Shown in pieces: positions 26,287 through 36,156 of a stretch of 64,000 nucleotides of DNA (positions within the stretch are counted from its first letter, which is position 1; each line of letters starts with the position of its first letter). Source of the DNA: an uncultured Candidatus Saccharibacteria bacterium (GTDB taxonomy: Bacteria > Patescibacteriota > Minisyncoccia > Phycocordibacterales > DSPV01); assembly GCA_964617735.1 (NCBI GenBank), contig CAZTXT010000001.1, forward strand, positions 600,549 through 664,548, written 5' to 3'. The notes below the pieces were generated by a model that worked only from the letters and a program-made list of their open reading frames with translations, had not been told where the DNA came from and did not search any database. The translations under genes were made by a program, and so were the position numbers.

Positions 26287-29200
26287 CTAGAGCCCGAGGA
26301 CCGTCCGCATCGTGTGCCGCGTCTTATAGCCGACATATCCGGAGATCGGGGTTACGCCGAATCTATCCTGGAAAGTTCTGACCGCATTTTGCGTGAGTGA
26401 ACCGAAATAATTTGAGATGACCGCTTCAGGATAGCTGCCCTCGAATGCAAGAAACTCCTGAAGGTCGCCCACCTCTTCCCCCGAATCGCCCCGTTTAAGG
26501 TCACGGTCAAGCAACGCGACTTCGCGAGGGGCTCCGAGAACGACCCATCCGTCCGAGATGGAATTGAGAACGGCACGGGTAGCGGCGTCCACCACTCCGG
26601 TCTGCGGTAGATTATTTTGTACTTGAAATTTATTGAGTGAATCTTTGGTGAGGGGCCCGAAATAGCCGGTGGTGAGCCTGCTTTCATGCAGCAAAACAAA
26701 GTTGAGGATTTGTTGGAGGTGCACAACCTCGAGGCCTTGGTCACCCACCCTAAGATCACGGGTGAAGTGATACTGTGCCAGTGCCTGCTCCTCCACCGCA
26801 TTACGATTTAAGGTTATCTGCGTAACTCCCGCTTTGGGAGCGATCGAGACATGGGTAGCATTGGAATACCCGCCGTCAGCAGTGTATGAGAACAGCGCAT
26901 AATAATAGGTAGTGCCATTGTGGAGCGACGTGTCGGCGAATGTTTCGTGCGATCCGCGGTAGAGCATGTCACCGTCAGCGGGCGCGGTAGGATAGCCTTC
27001 CGCCTTCTTTACCAACACGGTACCAGCGAAACTGGGAGTCTCGGGATTTCTCCAGCTGAAAATGATCTGCGATTCGGCACCCTCGGCAGTAACGAGGTCG
27101 GGCGCAGGCACTGCAACGACGACGGGGCCGTTTCCGCCACCAACTTGTCCCTGCGGGGCGCTTTCTTCACGTGTCTGCCCCGCCGAGGAAGAAACTTCGG
27201 TTCCCGAACTCGAAGATCCCTGATGGACACTCTCTAGATTAACGCCCCCCGATCCCCCTACTGAAGTGCTGACACCGATCTGTTGCGTTGGCGCTAGAGA
27301 TGATGAAGACGATCCGATCGTGAAAGTATGGTCCTCTGAATGCGCGATATTCTCGGCTGTATCTAAAACTTTAACGCGGAAGTGGTAAGTGCCTGGTACA
27401 AGATTGGTTAGAGAGATCGTACCCGAGTTCCCCCTGACATTTGAAGCTAGCGAGGATCCATAGGAAGCATCGAGGCCATATTCGACTTCCCCTAATGTTT
27501 CCTCATCGGTGGAAAACGAAATGGATGCGGTCGTACCGGAAACCGACGGGGATACTGCAGTGATATTCGCGGGCGGATCGACGATGATCGGTACGACAAG
27601 CGTGGTCAAATCATGCAGCGGCGAAGTTGCTTGGTAGGTAAAACCGCCCGCAGGTTTTGAGATGACACGGAAATAATAATTCGTATCGGCCGAGAGACCT
27701 GAAATCGTGATCGAGTGCCTTGTGGTGAGGTCGGCCGAAGAGAGGCTTGACCCAAGATTCTCGCTATCTCCATACTCGACGAGTGAATCGGCCAAAACGT
27801 CCGTTGTCCAGTTGATCGTCGCACTCATCTCCCCGATCGTATCCGCACCGACTTCCGAGATCAAAGGCGCCGCACTTTCCGACGTGCCCGAAGTACCAGC
27901 CGAGGCCGCGGTCGTAAATGTATAATCCAAAGATGTGCCGATATTGCCGGAGGAATCAAAACTCTGCACTCGGAAGTGATAGGTCGTTGAGGGTGAAAGG
28001 TCGGTAAGTGACGCCGAGCCGGCGAACCCTGACTCGGGCTCTATCGAGGTTTCCTCACCATAATTTTGCGTAGTGCCGTATTGAACCCGAGAATCCGCCT
28101 GTTCATTGTTGGCCCAATGAATAGAAGCCGATGTGTCTGTTATCGACGAAACGGTAATGAGAGAGGATACCGGAGCAGTAGTATCTTGAACCACCGGCGG
28201 AGCGCTGGAGGTGAATGAATGGCCACAAGAGCTCGCAAGATTGCCGGCAAGATCGGTCGCGTGAATGCAGTAATAATAGGTTGTATTGGGAGAGAGACCC
28301 GTAAGAGTAGCATCGTGCACCAGCAGCGCGCTTGTGGAGAGCGTAACCGATGAGCCGTAACTTTGGGTGCTGCCATATTCAAGTGTAGAAACTGCAAGTT
28401 CGCTCGTCGTCCAATTGATAGTCGCAATACTTGAGCCGATCGAGCTAATTGTGCTAACTCCTATTGACGGAGGTATCGTATCGGAAGGAGCAACAGAAAT
28501 CGGCAACGCTTCGGTCATGAACGTCTCATCAGGAGAAACAACAGTATTTCCCGCCTCATCGCGGGAGTGGATGCGGTAATGATACTGCGTATTGGGTGAA
28601 AGATCAGTCAGGGTTGCCTCGTGCGTAAGCGCAAGGTTGGTATCAAAAACCGTCTCCGAACCATAGCCGATCGTCGTCCCATATTCCACGTAACCGCCAG
28701 CGATTTCATCAGTCGTCCATCCTACGGTTGCCGAGACTGTCGTAATAGGAGCGACCGAGATCAAAGAGATCGTCGGCGGGTTGGTATCGAGCATCACGAC
28801 AGCGGCTGCGGTCGTGAAAGAATGTCCACAGGAACCTGATACATTACCCGCTGTATCAGTCGCATGAATACAGTAGTGGTATGTTGTATTTGCCTGGAGT
28901 CCCGTGAGGATGGTGGTATGAGCCAAAAGAGCGCTTGCAGAGAGCGGAGCTGATGAGCCGTAATCTAACGTCGTACCATACTCTAGGGTTGAAACCGCGA
29001 GTTCATCCGTGGTCCATGCGATCGTGGCATCGTGCGGCTCAAGTGAAAGCGCGGCAACGTCCGCTATAACCGGCGCACGGGTATCGAGGGGTGTTGCCGT
29101 TGTGACACTGTGTCCGCAGGAATCAGTTTGGTTATCCGAAAGATCAGTCGCATGAATGCAGTAATAATACGTAGTATTCGGAGAAAGGCCTGTTAACAGT

Positions 29201-29796
29201 GCGGTATGTGCGAGGAGTGCCGTCGCGCTGAGATTTGCATGCCAACCATAATGCGTCGTAGTGCCATACTCGAGGCTCGAGAGGGAAAGCTCATTCGTAG
29301 TCCACGCGATCGTAGCATCATCAATGCCCAGCGAGAGGTTGGCCACGCCGGAAATGACCGGCGGCGCAGTATCGGCCAGAGCGGGGGCCGGTTGTGTTTT
29401 TATCGAATAACCGCAAGAATTGCTCGTGTTGCCTACAAGGTCAGTCGCGATGATGCAGAAATGATAGGTGGTGTCAGCAGAGAGTCCGACAATGACTGCG
29501 GTATGGGAGAGCAGTGCAGTAGGATTGAGGAAAAGCTGGGTATTATAACCGTGATGCGCCTGATCATAAGTCACCTGGGAAGTAGCCAGTTCGCTCGTAG
29601 TCCAGCTAATGCTCACTTCATCATACGATAGCGCAACCGCAGCTACTAAAGAGACCGTCGGCGGCGTCGTGTCGGTTGGCAATTCACCGAGGGCGACCGC
29701 GGGCGTGACTGGTGCAAGCAGCACGGAGAGCGAGAGCATACCGGAGACAAAACGGAGGATACTGAACCGAACCATAGGCATGGGGGTTAGGGACAT
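26287..29796 (-). CDS. secreted surface protein: about 8 FN3/purple-acid-phosphatase-N-like repeats plus two C-terminal peptidoglycan-binding domains
   Basis: Signal peptide; repeats WTTxE..S.LEYG.T..YG...H...LTGL.PNTTYHY; C-term LRVGDQG.EV..LQ..L...GYFG.LT..A...FQ. Confidence 0.88.
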   Translation of the reverse strand: MSLTPMPMVRFSILRFVSGMLSLSVLLAPVTPAVALGELPTDTTPPTVSLVAAVALSYDEVSISWTTSELATSQVTYDQAHHGYNTQLFLNPTALLSHTAVIVGLSADTTYHFCIIATDLVGNTSNSCGYSIKTQPAPALADTAPPVISGVANLSLGIDDATIAWTTNELSLSSLEYGTTTHYGWHANLSATALLAHTALLTGLSPNTTYYYCIHATDLSDNQTDSCGHSVTTATPLDTRAPVIADVAALSLEPHDATIAWTTDELAVSTLEYGTTLDYGSSAPLSASALLAHTTILTGLQANTTYHYCIHATDTAGNVSGSCGHSFTTAAAVVMLDTNPPTISLISVAPITTVSATVGWTTDEIAGGYVEYGTTIGYGSETVFDTNLALTHEATLTDLSPNTQYHYRIHSRDEAGNTVVSPDETFMTEALPISVAPSDTIPPSIGVSTISSIGSSIATINWTTSELAVSTLEYGSTQSYGSSVTLSTSALLVHDATLTGLSPNTTYYYCIHATDLAGNLASSCGHSFTSSAPPVVQDTTAPVSSLITVSSITDTSASIHWANNEQADSRVQYGTTQNYGEETSIEPESGFAGSASLTDLSPSTTYHFRVQSFDSSGNIGTSLDYTFTTAASAGTSGTSESAAPLISEVGADTIGEMSATINWTTDVLADSLVEYGDSENLGSSLSSADLTTRHSITISGLSADTNYYFRVISKPAGGFTYQATSPLHDLTTLVVPIIVDPPANITAVSPSVSGTTASISFSTDEETLGEVEYGLDASYGSSLASNVRGNSGTISLTNLVPGTYHFRVKVLDTAENIAHSEDHTFTIGSSSSSLAPTQQIGVSTSVGGSGGVNLESVHQGSSSSGTEVSSSAGQTREESAPQGQVGGGNGPVVVAVPAPDLVTAEGAESQIIFSWRNPETPSFAGTVLVKKAEGYPTAPADGDMLYRGSHETFADTSLHNGTTYYYALFSYTADGGYSNATHVSIAPKAGVTQITLNRNAVEEQALAQYHFTRDLRVGDQGLEVVHLQQILNFVLLHESRLTTGYFGPLTKDSLNKFQVQNNLPQTGVVDAATRAVLNSISDGWVVLGAPREVALLDRDLKRGDSGEEVGDLQEFLAFEGSYPEAVISNYFGSLTQNAVRTFQDRFGVTPISGYVGYKTRHTMRTVLGL

Positions 29797-29877
29797 ATTT
29801 CCTAACCGATGTTAGTTTTTATGCGCATAGTATAGCAAAACCTGAAGTCGTTGTTATCAACACTCGGCGATGATATC

Positions 29878-30672
29878 TTAGGAGGCGCGCGAATGCACAG
29901 AACCTTTGATCTCGTTGATGATTTCGTCGAGATTCATGGCCGCTTTGATAAGGAATTTCTCGGCACCCAGCTCCTTCCCCCGATCGATATCTGATTTCTG
30001 GCCGAGATTCGAGAGTAATATCACAGGAATGTGCTTGACCGTATCATTTTTCTTCAAGCGGGAGAGTATTTCGAAGCCGTCGATGCCGGAGAGTAGGACA
30101 TCGAGGACGATGACATCGGGCATCTCTTTTTCCACGATCGAAAGCGCTTCTTCTCCGCTCATAGAGTGGACCAGGATGCAACCCTCGCTCTGAAGCTTTC
30201 GAGAAATGATATCGCTCAAGAATTTATCATCTTCCACCCAAAGCACCTTCTTGCCCGAGAGGCTGACGGATCCGCGTTGCTCTTGGGCATTGGGAGTCGT
30301 GCGATCGAGCTCGTTGCGAACCTTATTGAGCACTTCATCGGGGTCAAACTGCGCTTTCACCAGATAATCCCTGATGCCCAGCGAGAGAGCGCGACTGATC
30401 TCGACTGGCTGACCCGAATTCGAGATGACGATAACCGGAATATCCTTGATGCTTGCATCCTGATTTTTCTCGGCGAGAATCTCATATCCGCTTTTGGTCG
30501 GCAGGATTATATCGAGAAGGATCAGATCTGGCTTGAATTCGCGAATCTGGGTAAGACCCGCTGCCCCATCGCGGGAGAGAAGCGTATCGTACCCTTCCGC
30601 CGTAAGCTTTTTGAGCAATACGTCGCCGAGGAACACGTCGTCTTCGATAATGAGGATCTTGCGCCTGTTCAT
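29878..30672 (-). CDS. response regulator with two receiver domains and no output domain
   Basis: ILIIEDD...LLDIILP...K and VLWVEDD...VLDVLLS...K. Confidence 0.92.
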   Translation of the reverse strand: MNRRKILIIEDDVFLGDVLLKKLTAEGYDTLLSRDGAAGLTQIREFKPDLILLDIILPTKSGYEILAEKNQDASIKDIPVIVISNSGQPVEISRALSLGIRDYLVKAQFDPDEVLNKVRNELDRTTPNAQEQRGSVSLSGKKVLWVEDDKFLSDIISRKLQSEGCILVHSMSGEEALSIVEKEMPDVIVLDVLLSGIDGFEILSRLKKNDTVKHIPVILLSNLGQKSDIDRGKELGAEKFLIKAAMNLDEIINEIKGSVHSRAS

Positions 30673-31818
30673 TTAAATTTGTTTATACTCATCGCTCGAC
30701 CGAACTGCCGGCAACGTCACGAAGAACGACGAACCTTGTCCCTCGACACTCTCAAACCATACTTTGCCGCCGTGCTGCTCGACGATCTTTTTGACCATAT
30801 ACAAGCCCAACCCCGTTCCATTAGGCTCAACCACGGTGGCATTGCTCGCACGGAAAAAGCGACTGAAGATTTGAGATTGTTGCGAGGGCGGAATGCCAAT
30901 ACCCGTGTCGCGGATGATGATTTTTATGTCAGACCCTTCCTCCGTAAGCTCTACCGTCACGGTACCTTTTTCCATTGTATATTTGATCGCATTCTCCAGC
31001 AAATTCTGGATGACGGCGCGTATTTTCGAAGGATCAACGAGCACCGTGAACTGCCCATTTTTTGGTCTGACGAAATTTATTTTCACGCCTCGCTTTTGCG
31101 CATTGGGAAAAACCTCGAAAAGAACGTTCTCGAAGAGGTCGAAGAGATTGATGCGGATCAGGTTGTACTTGAGGCGCCCGGACTCGACCCGATCGGCCGC
31201 GAGCATGTCATTGACCAAAGCGATCATGCGCTCGTTGTTTTCATAGCTCTTCATCAAAAACGTCTTTTGTTCCTCTGACAAAGGCCCCATGTCGCCCTTA
31301 ATGAGCATGTGGAGGGTCCACTTCAAACCCGAAAGCGGCGTGCGCAACTGATGCGCCACAACTGAGACGAATTCGCTCTTGCGCCGCTCCAGCATCTTCG
31401 CTTCGGTTATATCCTCGATCCAAATGAGCGCATGCGCCTTGAAGCGCTCCTGGTCGGCATCGGAAAGACGGCTGAAAAATATCTGATAGATCTCGGCCTC
31501 GACCTCCACTTCGTTTAAATGAAAGGGCTTGCCCGGCTGTGCACTTCTAACCGAGCGGTCGATGTCGATCCCCGAGAATTTCTTGCGGAATGCGTCCAAA
31601 ATGACCGTAGCATCTTTCTGATCACGGTCTATTCCCAGTATAGCGCGCGCGGAAGGATTGATGAAAAGGACCTGTGATCTCTCATCCAAAAGGATCGCTC
31701 CTTCGCGCATACTCTCGGTGACGATATCCAGCTTCGCTTTTTCCTCCCTCAGACGGCTGATCGGAACCTTCACATCCGACCGTAGCGCTTTGCCGATCGT
31801 TCCTAATACACGTCCCAT
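30673..31818 (-). CDS. cytoplasmic PAS-domain histidine kinase
   Basis: PAS (ESMREGAILLD..INPSA), H-box AHQLRTPL, N-box NLLENAIKY, G boxes DTGIGI and GTGLGL. Confidence 0.93.
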   Translation of the reverse strand: MGRVLGTIGKALRSDVKVPISRLREEKAKLDIVTESMREGAILLDERSQVLFINPSARAILGIDRDQKDATVILDAFRKKFSGIDIDRSVRSAQPGKPFHLNEVEVEAEIYQIFFSRLSDADQERFKAHALIWIEDITEAKMLERRKSEFVSVVAHQLRTPLSGLKWTLHMLIKGDMGPLSEEQKTFLMKSYENNERMIALVNDMLAADRVESGRLKYNLIRINLFDLFENVLFEVFPNAQKRGVKINFVRPKNGQFTVLVDPSKIRAVIQNLLENAIKYTMEKGTVTVELTEEGSDIKIIIRDTGIGIPPSQQSQIFSRFFRASNATVVEPNGTGLGLYMVKKIVEQHGGKVWFESVEGQGSSFFVTLPAVRSSDEYKQI

Positions 31819-31892
31819 GCGTACAGTATAACGCAGAGTGGAACAACGGCCTGTGTATATACGCGCCCGAGAAAAGTCCTTGGCCAGACGTT

Positions 31893-33917
31893 CTAACGCT
31901 CCTCGAACTTCTTCTTGAGGAGAACGATCTCGTCGCGCAGGATAGCCGCCGTCTCGAAATCGAGGATCTTCACCGCGGCGTTCATCTGTTTCTCTTTCTG
32001 TTTGATGAGCGCCATCGGATCCTTCTCGAAGAACTTCTGGTCCACCGCGAGGAGCACTCCTACCGCGCGGTCATGCTCGGAAGCGAGGGTCTCGGTGATA
32101 TCCTTGATCGTTTTTGCGATGCTCTTGGGTGTGATGCCATGAGTCTCGTTGAACTCAAGCTGAAGCGCGCGGCGCCGTTCTGTTTCCTTGATCGCACGGT
32201 CGATAGAACCCGTGACCTGATCGGCGTAGATGATGACCCGACCGTTTACGTTGCGCGCCGCGCGCCCCATGATCTGTATCAATGAAGTCTCCGAGCGCAA
32301 AAAACCCTCTTTATCGGCATCCAAAATCCCGATAAGCGCGACTTCAGGAAGATCGAGCCCTTCGCGCAAGAGATTGACACCGACGAGACAATCGAATACG
32401 CCTTTCCGAAAGTCCGTGAGTATCCGTATGCGCTCGATCGTTTTAACGTCGCTGTGCAGATACTCGGCTTTATAGAGAGCCTCTTTGAGATACGCGCTCA
32501 GATCCTCCGACATCTTTTTGGTGAGGGTCGTGATGATGACTCGCTCCCCTTTCTCGATAGCGCGCTTTGTCTCGGCCATAATATCCTTCACCTGTCCGCC
32601 ATATGTCCCCTTCGGCGAAACCGGCTGTATCGTCACACTCGGATCGATAAGCCCCGTCGGCCGAATGACTTGTTCAACAATCCCCGAACTGACCTCATGC
32701 TCGTATGAGCCCGGAGTCGCGGATGTGAACATCACCTGCCCGATGCGCTCGGTAAACTCATCGAATGAAAGCGGACGGTTATCCGCCGCGGAAGGCAGGC
32801 GGAATCCGTGTTCAATGAGTGTTTTTTTGCGCGAAGCGTCGCCGGCAAGCATGCCGCCGATCTGCGAGACGGTAACGTGCGACTCGTCGATGACCGTTAA
32901 AAAGTCGGGCTTCCCGTCGGGACCTTTGGGGAAATACGAGAGCAGCGAATCGGGTGGATCCCCCGCCTGTTTGCCCGAGAAATGTCTCGAATAATTCTCG
33001 ATGCCGTTGCAGTAACCGATCTCGCGTATCATCGCGAGATCATAATTGGTGCGGCGCTTGAGACGCTCCGCCTCCAAGAGCTTTCCTTCTTTCTCGAACT
33101 TCTTGAGCTGACCCTCAAGCTCTTTTTTGATGGTCTTTAGGGCCCTCGCTTGAGCATCGTCAGCCGTCACGAAATGCTTTGCAGGAAAGAGAAACACGCG
33201 CTCGTCAGACGCGATATGGGCGCGGTTTACCGGATCGTATCGATCTATAGCAGAGATGGAGTTTCCCTCAAATTCGAGCCGATAGAGCACGCGCTCGTTG
33301 ACCGGCATGATCTCAAGCGTATTCCCTACCGCCCTGAAAAGCCCGGGTTCAAGATCCGCCGTCGTCCGTTCGTAGTGCACATCAATGAGTTTTCGCGCAA
33401 GCTCGGTACGCGAGAGCGACATCCCTCGCTCCAGACGCACGTGCTCCTTCTCATATTCCTCGGGGTTTCCCAAGCCATAAATGCACGAGACGGATGCGAC
33501 CACGATCGTGTCCCGACGCGTCAGCAGCGATTGAGTCGTCGCGTGACGCAGGCGATCTATCTCATCGTTGATCATCGCCTCTTTTTCAATATAGGTATCG
33601 GTGATCGGCATGTACGCCTCGGGTTGATAGTAGTCGTAGTAGGAAACGAAATAGTGCACTGCGTTATCGGGAAAAAATTCGCGATATTCCTGCACTAGCT
33701 GCGCCGCAAGCGTTTTGTTGTGTGCGATGACAAGAACCGGCTTATCCTGGCCGGCGATGACATTCGCTACGGTAAAGGTCTTCCCGGATCCGGTGACACC
33801 CAAAAGCGTCTGATAACGGTCACCCCGGGCAAGGCCGGCCGAGAGCGCCGCAATGGCTTTCGGCTGATCGCCAGCTGCGGAAAAAGAAGATCGCAACTTA
33901 AAAAGGCGTTTAGACAT
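31893..33917 (-). CDS. uvrB: excinuclease ABC subunit B
   Basis: LLGVTGSGKT, YFVSYYDYYQPEAY, DESH, GRAARN. Confidence 0.98.
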   Translation of the reverse strand: MSKRLFKLRSSFSAAGDQPKAIAALSAGLARGDRYQTLLGVTGSGKTFTVANVIAGQDKPVLVIAHNKTLAAQLVQEYREFFPDNAVHYFVSYYDYYQPEAYMPITDTYIEKEAMINDEIDRLRHATTQSLLTRRDTIVVASVSCIYGLGNPEEYEKEHVRLERGMSLSRTELARKLIDVHYERTTADLEPGLFRAVGNTLEIMPVNERVLYRLEFEGNSISAIDRYDPVNRAHIASDERVFLFPAKHFVTADDAQARALKTIKKELEGQLKKFEKEGKLLEAERLKRRTNYDLAMIREIGYCNGIENYSRHFSGKQAGDPPDSLLSYFPKGPDGKPDFLTVIDESHVTVSQIGGMLAGDASRKKTLIEHGFRLPSAADNRPLSFDEFTERIGQVMFTSATPGSYEHEVSSGIVEQVIRPTGLIDPSVTIQPVSPKGTYGGQVKDIMAETKRAIEKGERVIITTLTKKMSEDLSAYLKEALYKAEYLHSDVKTIERIRILTDFRKGVFDCLVGVNLLREGLDLPEVALIGILDADKEGFLRSETSLIQIMGRAARNVNGRVIIYADQVTGSIDRAIKETERRRALQLEFNETHGITPKSIAKTIKDITETLASEHDRAVGVLLAVDQKFFEKDPMALIKQKEKQMNAAVKILDFETAAILRDEIVLLKKKFEER

Positions 33918-33992
33918 GACGCGACCTACTATATACTCTCACCGCCCGTTGTTCAAATGAAAGCCACCCTCACGTGAGGGTGGATGTATCGA

Positions 33993-34211
33993 TCAGTCGG
34001 GCTCGCTCATGAAACTGAACGAGACCCATCCGCATTTCGCGGAGAAAAAGTACGGCTGCCAGCGCTTCTTGAGTAGATCGTACCGCCAGCCAATACATCC
34101 CGCCATCTCGAACGCGGGGAATGAAACGAAAGGAGCCAAGAAAATCGGATCGGGCTCCTCCTTTTCTTTGTAGCGCCCGAGCATACGGGTAGAGATATAA
34201 CGTGCTGACAT
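33993..34211 (-). CDS. hypothetical aromatic-rich small protein (ORFan)
   Basis: GAGGAGG RBS before ATG at 34211; TTGACG promoter-like element upstream. Confidence 0.5.
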   Translation of the reverse strand: MSARYISTRMLGRYKEKEEPDPIFLAPFVSFPAFEMAGCIGWRYDLLKKRWQPYFFSAKCGWVSFSFMSEPD

Positions 34212-34288
34212 AGGTGCCTCCTCTCTTACCAAGGTTTCCAATACTACTGTAGCGCTCAAGGTGAGAAGACGTCAATCAGTCAAAGTGC

Positions 34289-35494
34289 TTATCCTTCGGC
34301 GTAGCCGGCAGTGAAGCGCTCTTTAAATGAAGTGAATTCCTGGCCTATTATAGACTCGCGAATCCTCTCCATGAGGCTGACTAAAAAGTGTAGGTTGTGT
34401 ATGGTCGCAAGCGTTGCGGCAAGCATTTCCTTTGCATCGAAAAGATGATGCAGATAGGCGCGGGTGAACGTTGCGCATGTATAACATGCGCAATCCGCTT
34501 GGATAGCGAAATACTCTGAAGCGCATGCGCTGTTCTTTATATTAAGCTTCCCCCGCTCTGTATATAAAAGTCCGGTCCTTCCCAGACGTGTTGGCGCAAC
34601 GCAGTCAAACGTGTCGCAGCCATTCTCGATGGCAAGAAAGAGGTCTTCGGGCTCACCGATACCCAACAGGTGCCGGGGTTTTTCTTCGGGAAGGATCTCA
34701 TTGACCCAACGGACAGCGCTCCCGACATCCTTTTTGTCGAAGGACCCACCGATACCGAAACCATCGAAGGGCATCGTGGCGATAGTGCGTGCGCTCTCAC
34801 GTCGCAAATCCTCGAAGCGACCTCCCTGTACTATTCCATAGAGCGCTTGAGGCCCGCCGAGCTTTTGGTGCTCGGCAAGAGAGCGTGCCGCCCACCGATG
34901 CGTGCGCTCCATCGCCTGCCGCTGATACGCATGATCGGCATCGGACGCCGGACACTCATCGAACGCGAAAATAATATCCGCGCCGATCCCATGCTCTATC
35001 GCGATTGAGCGCTCGGGAGTAAAACGATGCTCACTGCCGTCGCGATGCGAGCGGAACGTCACACCATCCTCATCCACCCGTGCCAACGGCGCCGCCCCAA
35101 GGTTGTCATCGGCCTTGTCCTGCTTCTGCTGCTTGTCACGAACGGCCCCCGGCGAAGAGAATTTGGATATTCCCTTTCCGAACGCCGATCCAAGCGAAAA
35201 TACTTGAAAACCACCGGAGTCCGTCATAGTCGGCCCGTCCCAGCCCATGAATTTCGAGAGCCCTCCAGCAGCGATCAGGGCTTCAGGGCCCGGCTGGAGG
35301 TAGAGGTGATAGGTATTCGCAAGAACGGCCTGCGCGCCGGCTTCTTTGATCTGCGCCGGCGTGAGGGATTTGACCGTCGCGAGTGTGCCAACGGGAACGA
35401 ACGCTGGCGTCTTGATCTCTCCGTGCGAAGTGCGTATCACGCCAGCACGGCAGAGCGTGCCACGGAGTTTCTGCTCAATACCAAAGGAGAACAT
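34289..35494 (-). CDS. tgt: tRNA-guanine transglycosylase
   Basis: TPAFVPVGT, NTYHL, TDSGGFQVFSL, GIVQGG, CACYTC Zn site. Confidence 0.97.
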   Translation of the reverse strand: MFSFGIEQKLRGTLCRAGVIRTSHGEIKTPAFVPVGTLATVKSLTPAQIKEAGAQAVLANTYHLYLQPGPEALIAAGGLSKFMGWDGPTMTDSGGFQVFSLGSAFGKGISKFSSPGAVRDKQQKQDKADDNLGAAPLARVDEDGVTFRSHRDGSEHRFTPERSIAIEHGIGADIIFAFDECPASDADHAYQRQAMERTHRWAARSLAEHQKLGGPQALYGIVQGGRFEDLRRESARTIATMPFDGFGIGGSFDKKDVGSAVRWVNEILPEEKPRHLLGIGEPEDLFLAIENGCDTFDCVAPTRLGRTGLLYTERGKLNIKNSACASEYFAIQADCACYTCATFTRAYLHHLFDAKEMLAATLATIHNLHFLVSLMERIRESIIGQEFTSFKERFTAGYAEG

Positions 35495-35503
35495 CCCGAA
35501 GCC

Positions 35504-36046
35504 CTACTGCCCGGGCGCGCCGATGCCGACGATCTGAACGTCGAACTGCAATGCCGAATTCGGAGGGATCACATAATTCCCATTCTGGTCTTTTATACCC
35601 GTAGCTCCATACGCCAGAGCAGCCGGAATGAGGATCCTCCGGAGGCCGCCGATCCGCATACCGGAGATGCCTATTTCCATTCCCGCGATCAGCTGATGTG
35701 CCCCGTAGGGGAATGTTAGGGGCTGTCCGCGCCCAAGGGAACTGTCGAATACGGTACCGTCCGCGAGTTTGCCGACATAATGCATAGAAACCATGTCCCC
35801 TTCGGTTATCTCTTTACCAGTACCGACGACGACATCAGCAACCTTCACACCGGAAAGATCGGTGAAGGCGTCATCGGGGAGCACGACGCTCCCGAGATCG
35901 GGATTGGGTGTAGTGTTCATAGTATCATTTGAAGAGGAAACTGCCGCAGGAGAGCTGGGGCTCTGAAAGCCGAACCAGAAAAACAGCGCGACAACGGCAA
36001 TGCCCACGACTGCTGCTAAGATCCCTTTCGTTTTCTTGCTCATCAT
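35504..36046 (-). CDS. membrane-anchored FKBP-type peptidyl-prolyl isomerase
   Basis: N-terminal TM; HYVGKLADGTVFDSS, IPAALAYG, IPPNSALQFDV. Confidence 0.93.
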   Translation of the reverse strand: MMSKKTKGILAAVVGIAVVALFFWFGFQSPSSPAAVSSSNDTMNTTPNPDLGSVVLPDDAFTDLSGVKVADVVVGTGKEITEGDMVSMHYVGKLADGTVFDSSLGRGQPLTFPYGAHQLIAGMEIGISGMRIGGLRRILIPAALAYGATGIKDQNGNYVIPPNSALQFDVQIVGIGAPGQ

Positions 36047-36156
36047 TAGGTAATTGATGTTGTTTAGTAACGAGTATGGTGACTCGCTTCCAGTGTACCT
36101 CGGAGAGCGGAGAAGGGAAAGTGGACAGCGATAGGAACGAACCGTACAATAACCCC

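Noticed and set aside
27300-29700. Repeated DNA segments considered as CRISPR or DGR template/variable repeats
   Set aside because: They are in-frame protein domain repeats; no spacers, cas genes or reverse transcriptase
23343-33960. LexA/SOS boxes upstream of uvr genes
   Set aside because: No shared palindrome recognisable upstream of uvrA, uvrB and uvrC
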